In this document: piece by piece, positions 57,008 through 64,000 of the stretch
Position numbering within the stretch: position 1 is the stretch's first letter
How the letters are laid out: each line of letters begins with the position of its first letter
NCBI GenBank assembly: GCA_016931155.1
Contig: JAFGFJ010000006.1
Location: 141,115-205,114 of the forward strand
DNA: 64,000 nt
Reading direction: 5' to 3'
DNA from: Candidatus Dojkabacteria bacterium
GTDB taxonomy: Bacteria > Patescibacteriota > Dojkabacteria > B142 > JAFGFJ01
The notes under the pieces: model-generated
What the model saw: the letters and a program-made list of their open reading frames with translations, nothing else
Told to the model about the DNA's origin: nothing
Databases searched by the model: none
Translations under genes and position numbers: made by a program

Positions 57008-57499
57008 TCACTTTTTCTTTACTCTAAACACAAAAAACTTGTAAAAGAGAAAACTGGTAATAAGCTGGATAGATGTTGCGAAAAATTTTGCAAGGAGTTT
57101 GTTGCCATCATCCCCTTCTACAAAACCAAAAGTTTCCCGGAGATTTTCTGAAATGAGACTCGCTATATTTAAGACTATGGCACTGACGTTTATTGCCACG
57201 AAAAGAAGAAGGAATAAGTTGTTTGAAAGAAAATTAAATCCCTGAACGAGCATAAATTTCCCGAATTCCAGTGCGACTTTCTTTTCTTCACTTTGCCAAA
57301 CCCAGAACCGGTTGATCACGTAGTTTACGACTATTGCAATGCTAACGGAAATAGAGTTGGCCAAAAGGAATGGGAGTCCAGCTTTTACCCCGATCGAGTA
57401 CAGGGCAAAATCAATAGCAAAAGCGGTTATCCCTGTAATAAAGAATTTGATAAAGCGAGGAGTGAAAAAAGTGTCTTTAACCTTTTTTATTATATTCAT
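57008..57499 (-). CDS. GtrA family membrane protein
   Basis: 163 aa, 4 TM. RFIKFFITGITAFAIDFALY...VNYVINRFWVW matches the GtrA pattern. Confidence 0.75.
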   Translation of the reverse strand: MNIIKKVKDTFFTPRFIKFFITGITAFAIDFALYSIGVKAGLPFLLANSISVSIAIVVNYVINRFWVWQSEEKKVALEFGKFMLVQGFNFLSNNLFLLLFVAINVSAIVLNIASLISENLRETFGFVEGDDGNKLLAKFFATSIQLITSFLFYKFFVFRVKKK

Positions 57500-58205
57500 T
57501 GAAATTGTATTTTGTGAGCCTGATTTTAATCAATTCCGAGAGTGTTTTAAAGTAGTGGAAGGGTTTTACCTTGCTGTCTTCTTTGTGTTCCCACTTTACG
57601 GCAAGCTCTTTTATTTTATAACCCAGCCTTTGTGCGAGGTATAGGATTTCAAAGTCAAAGCCCCATCTCTCAATTTTCTGCATGATAAAAAGCTTCCGGC
57701 ATTTTTTATTGAAGAGTTTGAATCCTGCCTGAGTGTCTTTTATATCTTTGACTAAAATTGTGTTAATAAGAAAATTTCCAACTCTACCCATTACTTTACG
57801 TGGAAGAGAAGTGTTAACTTTTGAATTTGCCATTGCGCGTGAGGCAATTACAATATCGTATTGATCTTTGTACTTTAAAAATTTATCAAGCTCTTCAATA
57901 GGGGTAGAAAGATCACTGTCGCAGAGGTACATATAGTCACCTTTAGCAGCAAGCATTCCTGTTCTGGTAGCATATCCCTTTCCACGGTTCGGCTGATATT
58001 CAAGACCTATGATTTTTACATTTTTTCTCTCGTGTTTCTTTATGAAATCAATTACAACTTCGGTAGTTTTGTCTTTTGAACCGTCACTAACTACAATTAT
58101 TTCACTTTCAAAATTTTTCTTCCCCAAAAAACAGAAGATTTCCTCAAGTGAAGGACGTAGTCTTTTTTCTTCGTTGTAACAAGGGATTACTACTGATAAA
58201 AACAT
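57477..58205 (-). CDS. GT2 polyprenyl-phosphate glycosyltransferase (GtrB/DPM1-like)
   Basis: FLSVVIPCYNEEKRL, IIVVSDGSKDKT and YMYLCDSDLSTP. It overlaps the GtrA-like gene by 23 nt. Confidence 0.8.
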   Translation of the reverse strand: MFLSVVIPCYNEEKRLRPSLEEIFCFLGKKNFESEIIVVSDGSKDKTTEVVIDFIKKHERKNVKIIGLEYQPNRGKGYATRTGMLAAKGDYMYLCDSDLSTPIEELDKFLKYKDQYDIVIASRAMANSKVNTSLPRKVMGRVGNFLINTILVKDIKDTQAGFKLFNKKCRKLFIMQKIERWGFDFEILYLAQRLGYKIKELAVKWEHKEDSKVKPFHYFKTLSELIKIRLTKYNFNEYNKKG

Positions 58206-58320
58206 TCTATGGTTAATAAATGCATAACTTCTTTGCTTATGCGTACTATTTTATCTATAGATCGAATGAGCGCCAATATCAAGGAAGTATATATTATTCC
58301 GGTTTATTTGAAAAACTCAA

Positions 58321-59700
58321 CTATTTGCCCGTCTTGCTGTATTCTTCCCCAAGAAGACTAGAAAATAACTGGACTTTCTCTGAAACCAGATTTTCATCTT
58401 TAGCTTCAATGCTGAGTCTCACAAATGGCTGAGTATTTGACTCTCTCAAGTTGAATCTCCAGTCAGTAAAATCGAAAGAAATCCCATCTATTTCATTATA
58501 CTTTCCCTCTTTGAATTTATCTTTTAACATTTCAAATATCGCCTTCGTATCTTTAATCTCAAAATTTATCTCTCCGCCTGTAGGATATTTTTCGTAATAG
58601 TCATCACAAAGTTCAGAAAGTTTCTTTTCGCTTTCTGAGAGAAGTTCGAGCATAAGGGCAATTGTAACCATACCCGAATCCCAGAAAAAATAATCTCTGT
58701 AATACATATGTGATGTCGTCTCAAATCCGAAAAGTGCGTTGTATTTTTGCATAGCTTCGCGCATGAAACTTCTTCCGGATTTTGACATGACAGGTATTCC
58801 TCCTGCATTAGAGATTTCTTCATGGGGTGCCCAGATGAGTCTTGTATCGTGAATAATTTTTGGCTTTTCTACTTTTTCTTTTCTTATCAGGTGGGAAGCG
58901 ATCAGGGGACCAGTGTAATAACCACTTGGAGCTCTTCCCTTACTGTCGATAAACGATGCTCTGTCGGCATCTCCATCAAAAGCAATTCCAAAATCAGCAT
59001 TCAAACTTTTTGTTTTTTCTCTAATTTCCCTTATATTTTTTTCTTCTGCGGGATTGGGTGGATGATTCGGAAAACTTCCGTCCGGTTTGAAATGCATCCT
59101 CGTAACATCGAGAGGTAAACCAGCAAAAACTATATCAAAAAACTTTCCTCCAAGCCCGTTACCTGCATCAACAACAACTTTGAGATCTCGTATTTTCTCT
59201 ATATTTATAAAACTCAAGACTTTTTTCCTGTAATCCTGTATCAAATCTTTGTTAATGATTTTTCCTTTCGGAGGACGGGACGGGAAGTTGTTTTCAATGA
59301 TTATTTTTTTAATTTTCTCGAAGCCTGTATTTCCTGCCACAACTGAAGCATTTGCTCCTACTATTTTTGCTCCATTATATTCTTCCGGATTGTGAGAAGC
59401 GGTAACAATAACGGTGCCATCAATTTCTTTCATGCTTGCGGCAGAGAAGTACCCGATCTCGGTGATAATCTCTCCAAGAAAGTAAACGTCGCATCCCATA
59501 TCTGTAATTCCTTCTATGAGAGCCTTTGAGAAAGGTCTGGAAGACTGCCTCATGTCAATTCCTACAGCAATAACTTTTGCATTCCAAAATTTGACGAGAG
59601 CCTTACCTAGGTTTAGGTAGAAATTTTCGGTCAGCTCTTCTCCAATTATTCCACGGATATCGTAGGCGAGAAATATTTTATCAAGAAGGCTTTTGTCCAT
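58321..59700 (-). CDS. phosphomannomutase/phosphoglucomutase
   Basis: TASHNPEEYNGAKI (active-site Ser), GIAFDGDADR (metal-binding) and GGEINFE. The track ORF extends to 59796, but MDKSLLDKIFLAYDIRG at 59700 is the conserved start. Confidence 0.85.
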   Translation of the reverse strand: MDKSLLDKIFLAYDIRGIIGEELTENFYLNLGKALVKFWNAKVIAVGIDMRQSSRPFSKALIEGITDMGCDVYFLGEIITEIGYFSAASMKEIDGTVIVTASHNPEEYNGAKIVGANASVVAGNTGFEKIKKIIIENNFPSRPPKGKIINKDLIQDYRKKVLSFINIEKIRDLKVVVDAGNGLGGKFFDIVFAGLPLDVTRMHFKPDGSFPNHPPNPAEEKNIREIREKTKSLNADFGIAFDGDADRASFIDSKGRAPSGYYTGPLIASHLIRKEKVEKPKIIHDTRLIWAPHEEISNAGGIPVMSKSGRSFMREAMQKYNALFGFETTSHMYYRDYFFWDSGMVTIALMLELLSESEKKLSELCDDYYEKYPTGGEINFEIKDTKAIFEMLKDKFKEGKYNEIDGISFDFTDWRFNLRESNTQPFVRLSIEAKDENLVSEKVQLFSSLLGEEYSKTGK

Positions 59701-59761
59701 AGGGCAAGTATATTTGAATATACAATCGGTGTAAATTAACCTGAAAAATGAAAACAATTCA

Positions 59762-59876
59762 TAAACCTGTAATTGAAGCTCGTAGAGTATTGGCAAAATC
59801 AGGCTTAAATTTGCGATTTAAGCTCACAGAATCTTGGTATAACCAATCTTAAACCTGCAAGTGAAGTACGTAGAGT
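59762..59876. promoter_or_regulatory. 27-bp imperfect direct repeat pair flanking an 8-bp-stem hairpin, upstream of the phosphomannomutase gene
   Basis: taaacctgtaattgaagctcgtagagt (59762-59788) and taaacctgcaagtgaagtacgtagagt (59850-59876) match at 23 of 27 positions. GCTTAAAT-ttgcg-ATTTAAGC sits at 59803-59823. Confidence 0.35.
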
Positions 59877-59919
59877 CTCAGTACAATTGGTTCTGAATCT
59901 CCAATTTAGCCTATAGAGA

Positions 59920-60804
59920 TCAGTTTACAAAACCCTTCGTTTTATAAATAGTGTGCTCTTTATCTACGAGCATACCTTCCAATTCTTTCCGTTCAAGCAG
60001 TTTTATCCCATCTCTACCTGCAACAAAAAGGGCGGTTGAGTATGCATCAGCCAGAATCGCACTTTTTGCAACTACAAATGATTGCAGAATTTTACTGCAA
60101 GGTTTCCCTGTTTTTGGATTTAATAAATGGTGAAAATATTTTACTTTCCTTGCCCATGAGCCTGAGGATGCTAGAGCCTGGTTTTTGAGATTCATTTTTC
60201 TGATCACTTCGCTTTTACCTTTTTCGTCAACAAAAAGAAGTCCTGCCGTCCAGGGTTTATTTTCCTTATTAACACCATGCGCATAAATGTCACCCCCTGC
60301 GTTTATCAAGAAATTTTTAAGTGGTAGAAGGACTTTTCTTGCAAGATCCATAGCGTATCCCTTTCCAATCCCGCCAAGATCAATTCTTTGATTTTTGGCA
60401 AGTGTTATCGTTGATGCTTTTTCATTGAGCTTTATGTCTCTGAAGTTTGGACGATCTTTGACAAGTGTATCTATTTCTTTTCGGATTTTTTCCGGATCTT
60501 CCAGAACAGAAAAATCATATCCTTTTTTATAACCGTATGCTTCAATGAGATCGATTATTGTTGGATCAAATGCTCCATCAGTTTCTTCGGCAACGTCAAG
60601 GGAAAATCTTACAAGCCTGAAAAGCTCTTTGCTTGCCTCAAATGCTTTTTTCGAATCATTCAGTTTTGCAAGTTCGCTTGTTTCTTCAAATCTGGTAAAT
60701 CGATTGACAATATATCTAAATTTTGAAAATGCTTCATCTATCTTCTTTTCAATCTCGTCTCTTTCCGCATCGGAAAACACTTTAATATTTAATTTTGAGT
60801 TCAT
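59920..60804 (-). CDS. apbE: FAD:protein FMN transferase (ApbE family)
   Basis: DPTIIDLIEAYGY, IDLGGIGKGYAMD, INAGGDIYAHG, ASSGSWARK and ADAYSTALFVAG. The track start is 60855; ATG at 60804 follows GGAGAGAGTTTT. Confidence 0.75.
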   Translation of the reverse strand: MNSKLNIKVFSDAERDEIEKKIDEAFSKFRYIVNRFTRFEETSELAKLNDSKKAFEASKELFRLVRFSLDVAEETDGAFDPTIIDLIEAYGYKKGYDFSVLEDPEKIRKEIDTLVKDRPNFRDIKLNEKASTITLAKNQRIDLGGIGKGYAMDLARKVLLPLKNFLINAGGDIYAHGVNKENKPWTAGLLFVDEKGKSEVIRKMNLKNQALASSGSWARKVKYFHHLLNPKTGKPCSKILQSFVVAKSAILADAYSTALFVAGRDGIKLLERKELEGMLVDKEHTIYKTKGFVN

Positions 60805-60854
60805 AAAAACTCTCTCCTGTTCTATTATTCTTGGTCTTGTTACTGTCTGGATCA

Positions 60855-61544
60855 TTATTTCCCAACTTTCCGGTATCTAATTGCGAGCATGATACCTGTC
60901 ATTACAAGAAGTATCCCAACTATTCCGGTGAGTACTGGACTTTCATCGAGAATTCCGCTTTTTGGAAGTCCGGGTGTTGGTATTATGGTTGGAGTTGTGG
61001 TGTCTCCGGTGATTGTTATTACAAGTGGTACAGTTGATGCAGGAATGTTTGTATTATTTGTTCCCGTAAGAGAGCTATGCTCATCCATTATTTCGAGGGT
61101 TACAGTTCCTGTTGCCCGTCCCTCAAATTCTATGTCAGCTACATTTCTATTTACAGTAACTGCAGAGCTTGGAGTTGTAGCGGCAATTTCAATTGTTCCA
61201 ATCTGCTCACTAGCCAGATTTGCATTATCTGTAAAATAAGTATCAGTGAAAGATATTTGTGTTCCGGAAGTCTGTGCGTCTTTATCGATAACTCCAAGTT
61301 TAGTTGGGTCGTATGAAATAACGATTTTGTAAGTATTTATTTCTATGTCATCTGATTCTACTCTTATTGTCACAGTCGTCTTTTCTCCCACTTTGAGCGT
61401 TGCTTTGCTGGTATTGAGAGAGATTTTTGCTCCATCAGTGGTTGTCGCTGGGGGTTGTTCTTCAAATGGTGGAGTAAACGGAAATGTTGGTGCCGCCAGG
61501 GTGTCCAAATTGCTTTGTGCGTATACTTTGTCTAATAAGTTCAT
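60855..61544 (-). CDS. cell-surface protein with Ig/cohesin-like beta domain and C-terminal LPxTG-like sorting signal
   Basis: The C-terminus LPKSG...IVGILLVMTGIMLAI-RYRKVGK has motif, TM helix and basic tail. No clear N-terminal signal peptide. Confidence 0.45.
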   Translation of the reverse strand: MNLLDKVYAQSNLDTLAAPTFPFTPPFEEQPPATTTDGAKISLNTSKATLKVGEKTTVTIRVESDDIEINTYKIVISYDPTKLGVIDKDAQTSGTQISFTDTYFTDNANLASEQIGTIEIAATTPSSAVTVNRNVADIEFEGRATGTVTLEIMDEHSSLTGTNNTNIPASTVPLVITITGDTTTPTIIPTPGLPKSGILDESPVLTGIVGILLVMTGIMLAIRYRKVGK

Positions 61545-61731
61545 GTGATAATGATGTCATTTTAGGCTTTTATTGTAAAGTCAAACGATTTGAGGAATTT
61601 TTGTGAGGGTCAAGACTGGAAATTGTTGAAAAATGAAGATTATCAAATAAACTGATTATGAATTAACTCGGACATAACCGATTTGTTGCTATTCTTGTTG
61701 AATTTATGTATACTCCCTTTGTTTTTCCTTC

Positions 61732-62697
61732 TTGAGAGATACTCAATATAAATTTATTTGGTTAGTTTTTATGCATTCTATTGCAGCTGGGGTTATAACT
61801 GAAGTGTTTGGAATACCGGTAACAAATACCATGTTGGCGGCAATGCTCACAACTATTACTATTACTATTATAGCTCTTCTAATAAGGAAGAATCTTTCTG
61901 AAAAGCCTGGCAAATTGCAGGCTTTTTTTGAACTTATTTATGATTATATCTATGACCTTTGTGTTTCTATTGCTGACAATAAAAGAGCAGAGAAATTTCT
62001 TCCATGGATACTAAGTTTTTTTCTTTTTATTCTTGTTAGTAATTACTGGGGATTGATCCCGATTTTTGGAGAAGGAATTGTAGTAGAAGAATATTCGGAT
62101 GAAATAAGTTTGACACATAAAGTTAATACAGAAGAGAATACTGTTTTCGAAGTGAGTAAAGACAATCTGGAGTTAGCAGAGGGGACGGGGACTCTAATTA
62201 TTGAGGAAGCAGAGTCAGATGAGGTTGAACTTTCCGAAGAACACGGAGAAGTTACTCTTCTCAGGGGAGCTACAAGTGATCCAAATGCAACATTTGCACT
62301 GTCAGCTGTCTCTTTTGCTTTGGTCATTGGATTTGGCATTTCTGCACACAATCCGATTGGGCTTTTGAAGCACTATATCCAATATGGCTCACTGAAAACG
62401 ATGAAAGGGATTATGCAGATAGTGATGTTTCCGATATTTTTGTTTGTAGGTATTCTCGAAATTATTCTTGAGCCGCTGAAAAGTGTTTCTCTTTCGTTCC
62501 GTTTGTTTGGAAATATTTTTGCAGGGGAAACTCTTGTAAATGCAATGACAATTTTGAATGGTGTGGCCGTTCCTTTTGTAGCAACGCCTTTTTTGCTCCT
62601 TGAGATTCTGGTCGGAGTGATTCAGGCGCTGGTTTTTTCTTTGTTGACCTTGGTATTTTTATCTATAATCACCAAGCAACATTCGGCTGAACACTAA
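61732..62697 (+). CDS. atpB: F0F1 ATP synthase subunit a with ~70-aa acidic insertion
   Basis: LSFRLFGNIFAGE (Arg of the proton path) and a C-terminal TM hairpin. The insertion is EEYSDEISLTHKVN...EEAESDEVELSEEHGE. Confidence 0.85.
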   Translation: MRDTQYKFIWLVFMHSIAAGVITEVFGIPVTNTMLAAMLTTITITIIALLIRKNLSEKPGKLQAFFELIYDYIYDLCVSIADNKRAEKFLPWILSFFLFILVSNYWGLIPIFGEGIVVEEYSDEISLTHKVNTEENTVFEVSKDNLELAEGTGTLIIEEAESDEVELSEEHGEVTLLRGATSDPNATFALSAVSFALVIGFGISAHNPIGLLKHYIQYGSLKTMKGIMQIVMFPIFLFVGILEIILEPLKSVSLSFRLFGNIFAGETLVNAMTILNGVAVPFVATPFLLLEILVGVIQALVFSLLTLVFLSIITKQHSAEH

Positions 62698-62706
62698 ATC
62701 CCGTAA

Positions 62707-62946
<240 letters not shown>

Positions 62947-62970
62947 TAGATTATTATTTATGAATATAAA

Positions 62971-63471
62971 ATGTCGGATATACTTGAAAAGCTGACGATA
63001 AATCCAAAGATTCTGGGATTTATGATCTTGAACTTCCTTGTTCTCGTTGTGGCTTTGAGATTTATTTTATTGAAACCTCTAACTAAGGCAATCAAAGAAC
63101 GGCAGGAAAAAATTGGAAGGGGCTTGGATAATGCGGAAAAAATGGAGAAAAAGATGGCAGAATTTAATGAAAATTACGAGAAAAAAATGATAAAAGTGAA
63201 AGAGGAAACCAAAAGTATTTTGGAAAGGGCAAAGCAGGAAGGAAGACAACTTAGAGAAGAGGAACTAAAGAAAGCAAAGAAAGATGCGACAGCTCTTATT
63301 GAGCAGGCAAAATTGGATATAGTAAAAAGCAAGAAAGAACTTAAACAGGAAGTAAAAGAGGAGATAGGAGTTGTCATGGAAGAGGTCTTCAATAGAGTTT
63401 TAAAGACTGGAATGACAAAGGAACAAAAAGAAGGGCTTGTTAAAGAAGCAATTAAAGAGTTAGAGAAATGA
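62971..63471 (+). CDS. atpF: F0F1 ATP synthase subunit b
   Basis: N-terminal TM, a long charged coiled coil, and its position in the operon. Confidence 0.75.
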   Translation: MSDILEKLTINPKILGFMILNFLVLVVALRFILLKPLTKAIKERQEKIGRGLDNAEKMEKKMAEFNENYEKKMIKVKEETKSILERAKQEGRQLREEELKKAKKDATALIEQAKLDIVKSKKELKQEVKEEIGVVMEEVFNRVLKTGMTKEQKEGLVKEAIKELEK

Positions 63472-63914
63472 AAAACGTTCAAACAAGACAAATTGCCGTT
63501 AGTTTTGCAAAAGCTTTGAAGGAGGAGCTGGTTTCATCACTTGGGGACGAGAGGCTTGCAGATAAGTCCCTTTCTTCCTTTTACAAGGTAACTACTGATT
63601 TGGTAAGGGTATTAAAAGAAGTGCATAGGGAAGATCTTTTTCTTGAAGCATTCTCCCGGTCTGAAGATACAGCAAGTATGAAGTTAGTAGAAGAGGATTT
63701 AGCTTATGTCCTTTCACCTATTGAATTGACTGAAATACAAGTCAGCTTACTGAAAAAAGTTCTCGGGAAAAAACTGGGAGTAGATGTAAAGATGAAAGTT
63801 GTATTAGATGAAAGTATAAAAGGGGGACTTCTTATAAAGTATAAAGATATGGAAATTGATTTGAGGGCAGAGTCGAAGTTGAAAAAGCTCTTGCAAAATT
63901 TTAATAAAAATTAG
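63468..63914 (+). CDS. atpH: F0F1 ATP synthase subunit delta (OSCP)
   Basis: The N-terminal RQIAVSFAKAL fits delta; position in the operon; 148 aa is somewhat short. Confidence 0.6.
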   Translation: MKNVQTRQIAVSFAKALKEELVSSLGDERLADKSLSSFYKVTTDLVRVLKEVHREDLFLEAFSRSEDTASMKLVEEDLAYVLSPIELTEIQVSLLKKVLGKKLGVDVKMKVVLDESIKGGLLIKYKDMEIDLRAESKLKKLLQNFNKN

Positions 63915-63925
63915 TACAACAACTA

Positions 63926-64000
63926 ATGTCAAATAAATTCATTGAAGAAATAAAAAAGGATCTTTCAAAAACACAAAATTTTGCTGACGTAAAGAACGTT
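63926..64000 (+). CDS. atpA: probable start of ATP synthase F1 alpha subunit (partial)
   Basis: MSNKFIEEIKKDLSKTQNFADVKNV resembles an alpha N-terminus. Operon position. Runs off the window. Confidence 0.4.
   Translation, partial: MSNKFIEEIKKDLSKTQNFADVKNV

Noticed and set aside
59701-59796. N-terminal extension of the phosphomannomutase ORF (MPILYELQLQVYELFSFFRLIYTDCIFKYTCP)
   Set aside because: PGM/PMM enzymes start close to the (F/L)xYDIRG motif. The extension is low-complexity, Cys/Phe-rich, and covers the direct-repeat regulatory region.

Overview
This is a gene-dense, low-GC bacterial chromosomal segment (about 30-38% GC by eye) with genes on both strands, and I saw no rRNA, tRNA, CRISPR array, transposase or integrase. 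Housekeeping genes recognised from conserved motifs in the ORF translations are: phosphoketolase and acetate kinase in one operon; MltG and RuvX; polynucleotide phosphorylase; MurJ; DNA polymerase III delta; RecA; RNase Y; an Amidase_3 cell-wall hydrolase; ParA, a methyltransferase and ParB on the minus strand downstream of signal peptidase I, which follows type-2 IleS; an FNR-like reductase; Lgt; Fmt; ApbE; and the start of an F-type ATP synthase operon (atpB, E, F, H and a partial A). About 39.6-59.8 kb is an accessory cell-envelope glycan locus. It contains an ABC-2 exporter permease and ATPase (Wzm/Wzt-like), three GT2 enzymes, a GT2-GT4 fusion, SAM methyltransferases, two or three GT-C-like membrane proteins (one apparently frameshifted), a GtrA/GtrB-like pair, a Wzx flippase and phosphomannomutase. 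Inside it sits a 1319-aa secreted protein that fuses a PGRP-type amidase, a subtilisin-like S8 peptidase and four copies of an unrecognised ~100-aa repeat. Other notable items are a three-gene module at 21.8-23.7 kb (wHTH-nucleotidyltransferase, YkgJ-like Cys-cluster protein, HEPN-nucleotidyltransferase fusion), followed by an SGNH hydrolase pseudogene interrupted by an in-frame TAA at a conserved motif position. A block of three unknown-function genes at 3.5-7.1 kb looks slightly GC-richer than its surroundings and includes a divergent DRE-TIM metallolyase. The small genome style, RNase Y, type-2 IleS and Lgt fit a Gram-positive-like or candidate-phyla-type lineage, but this is inference only. 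All calls come from motifs read directly in the provided translations and DNA; no database search was possible.
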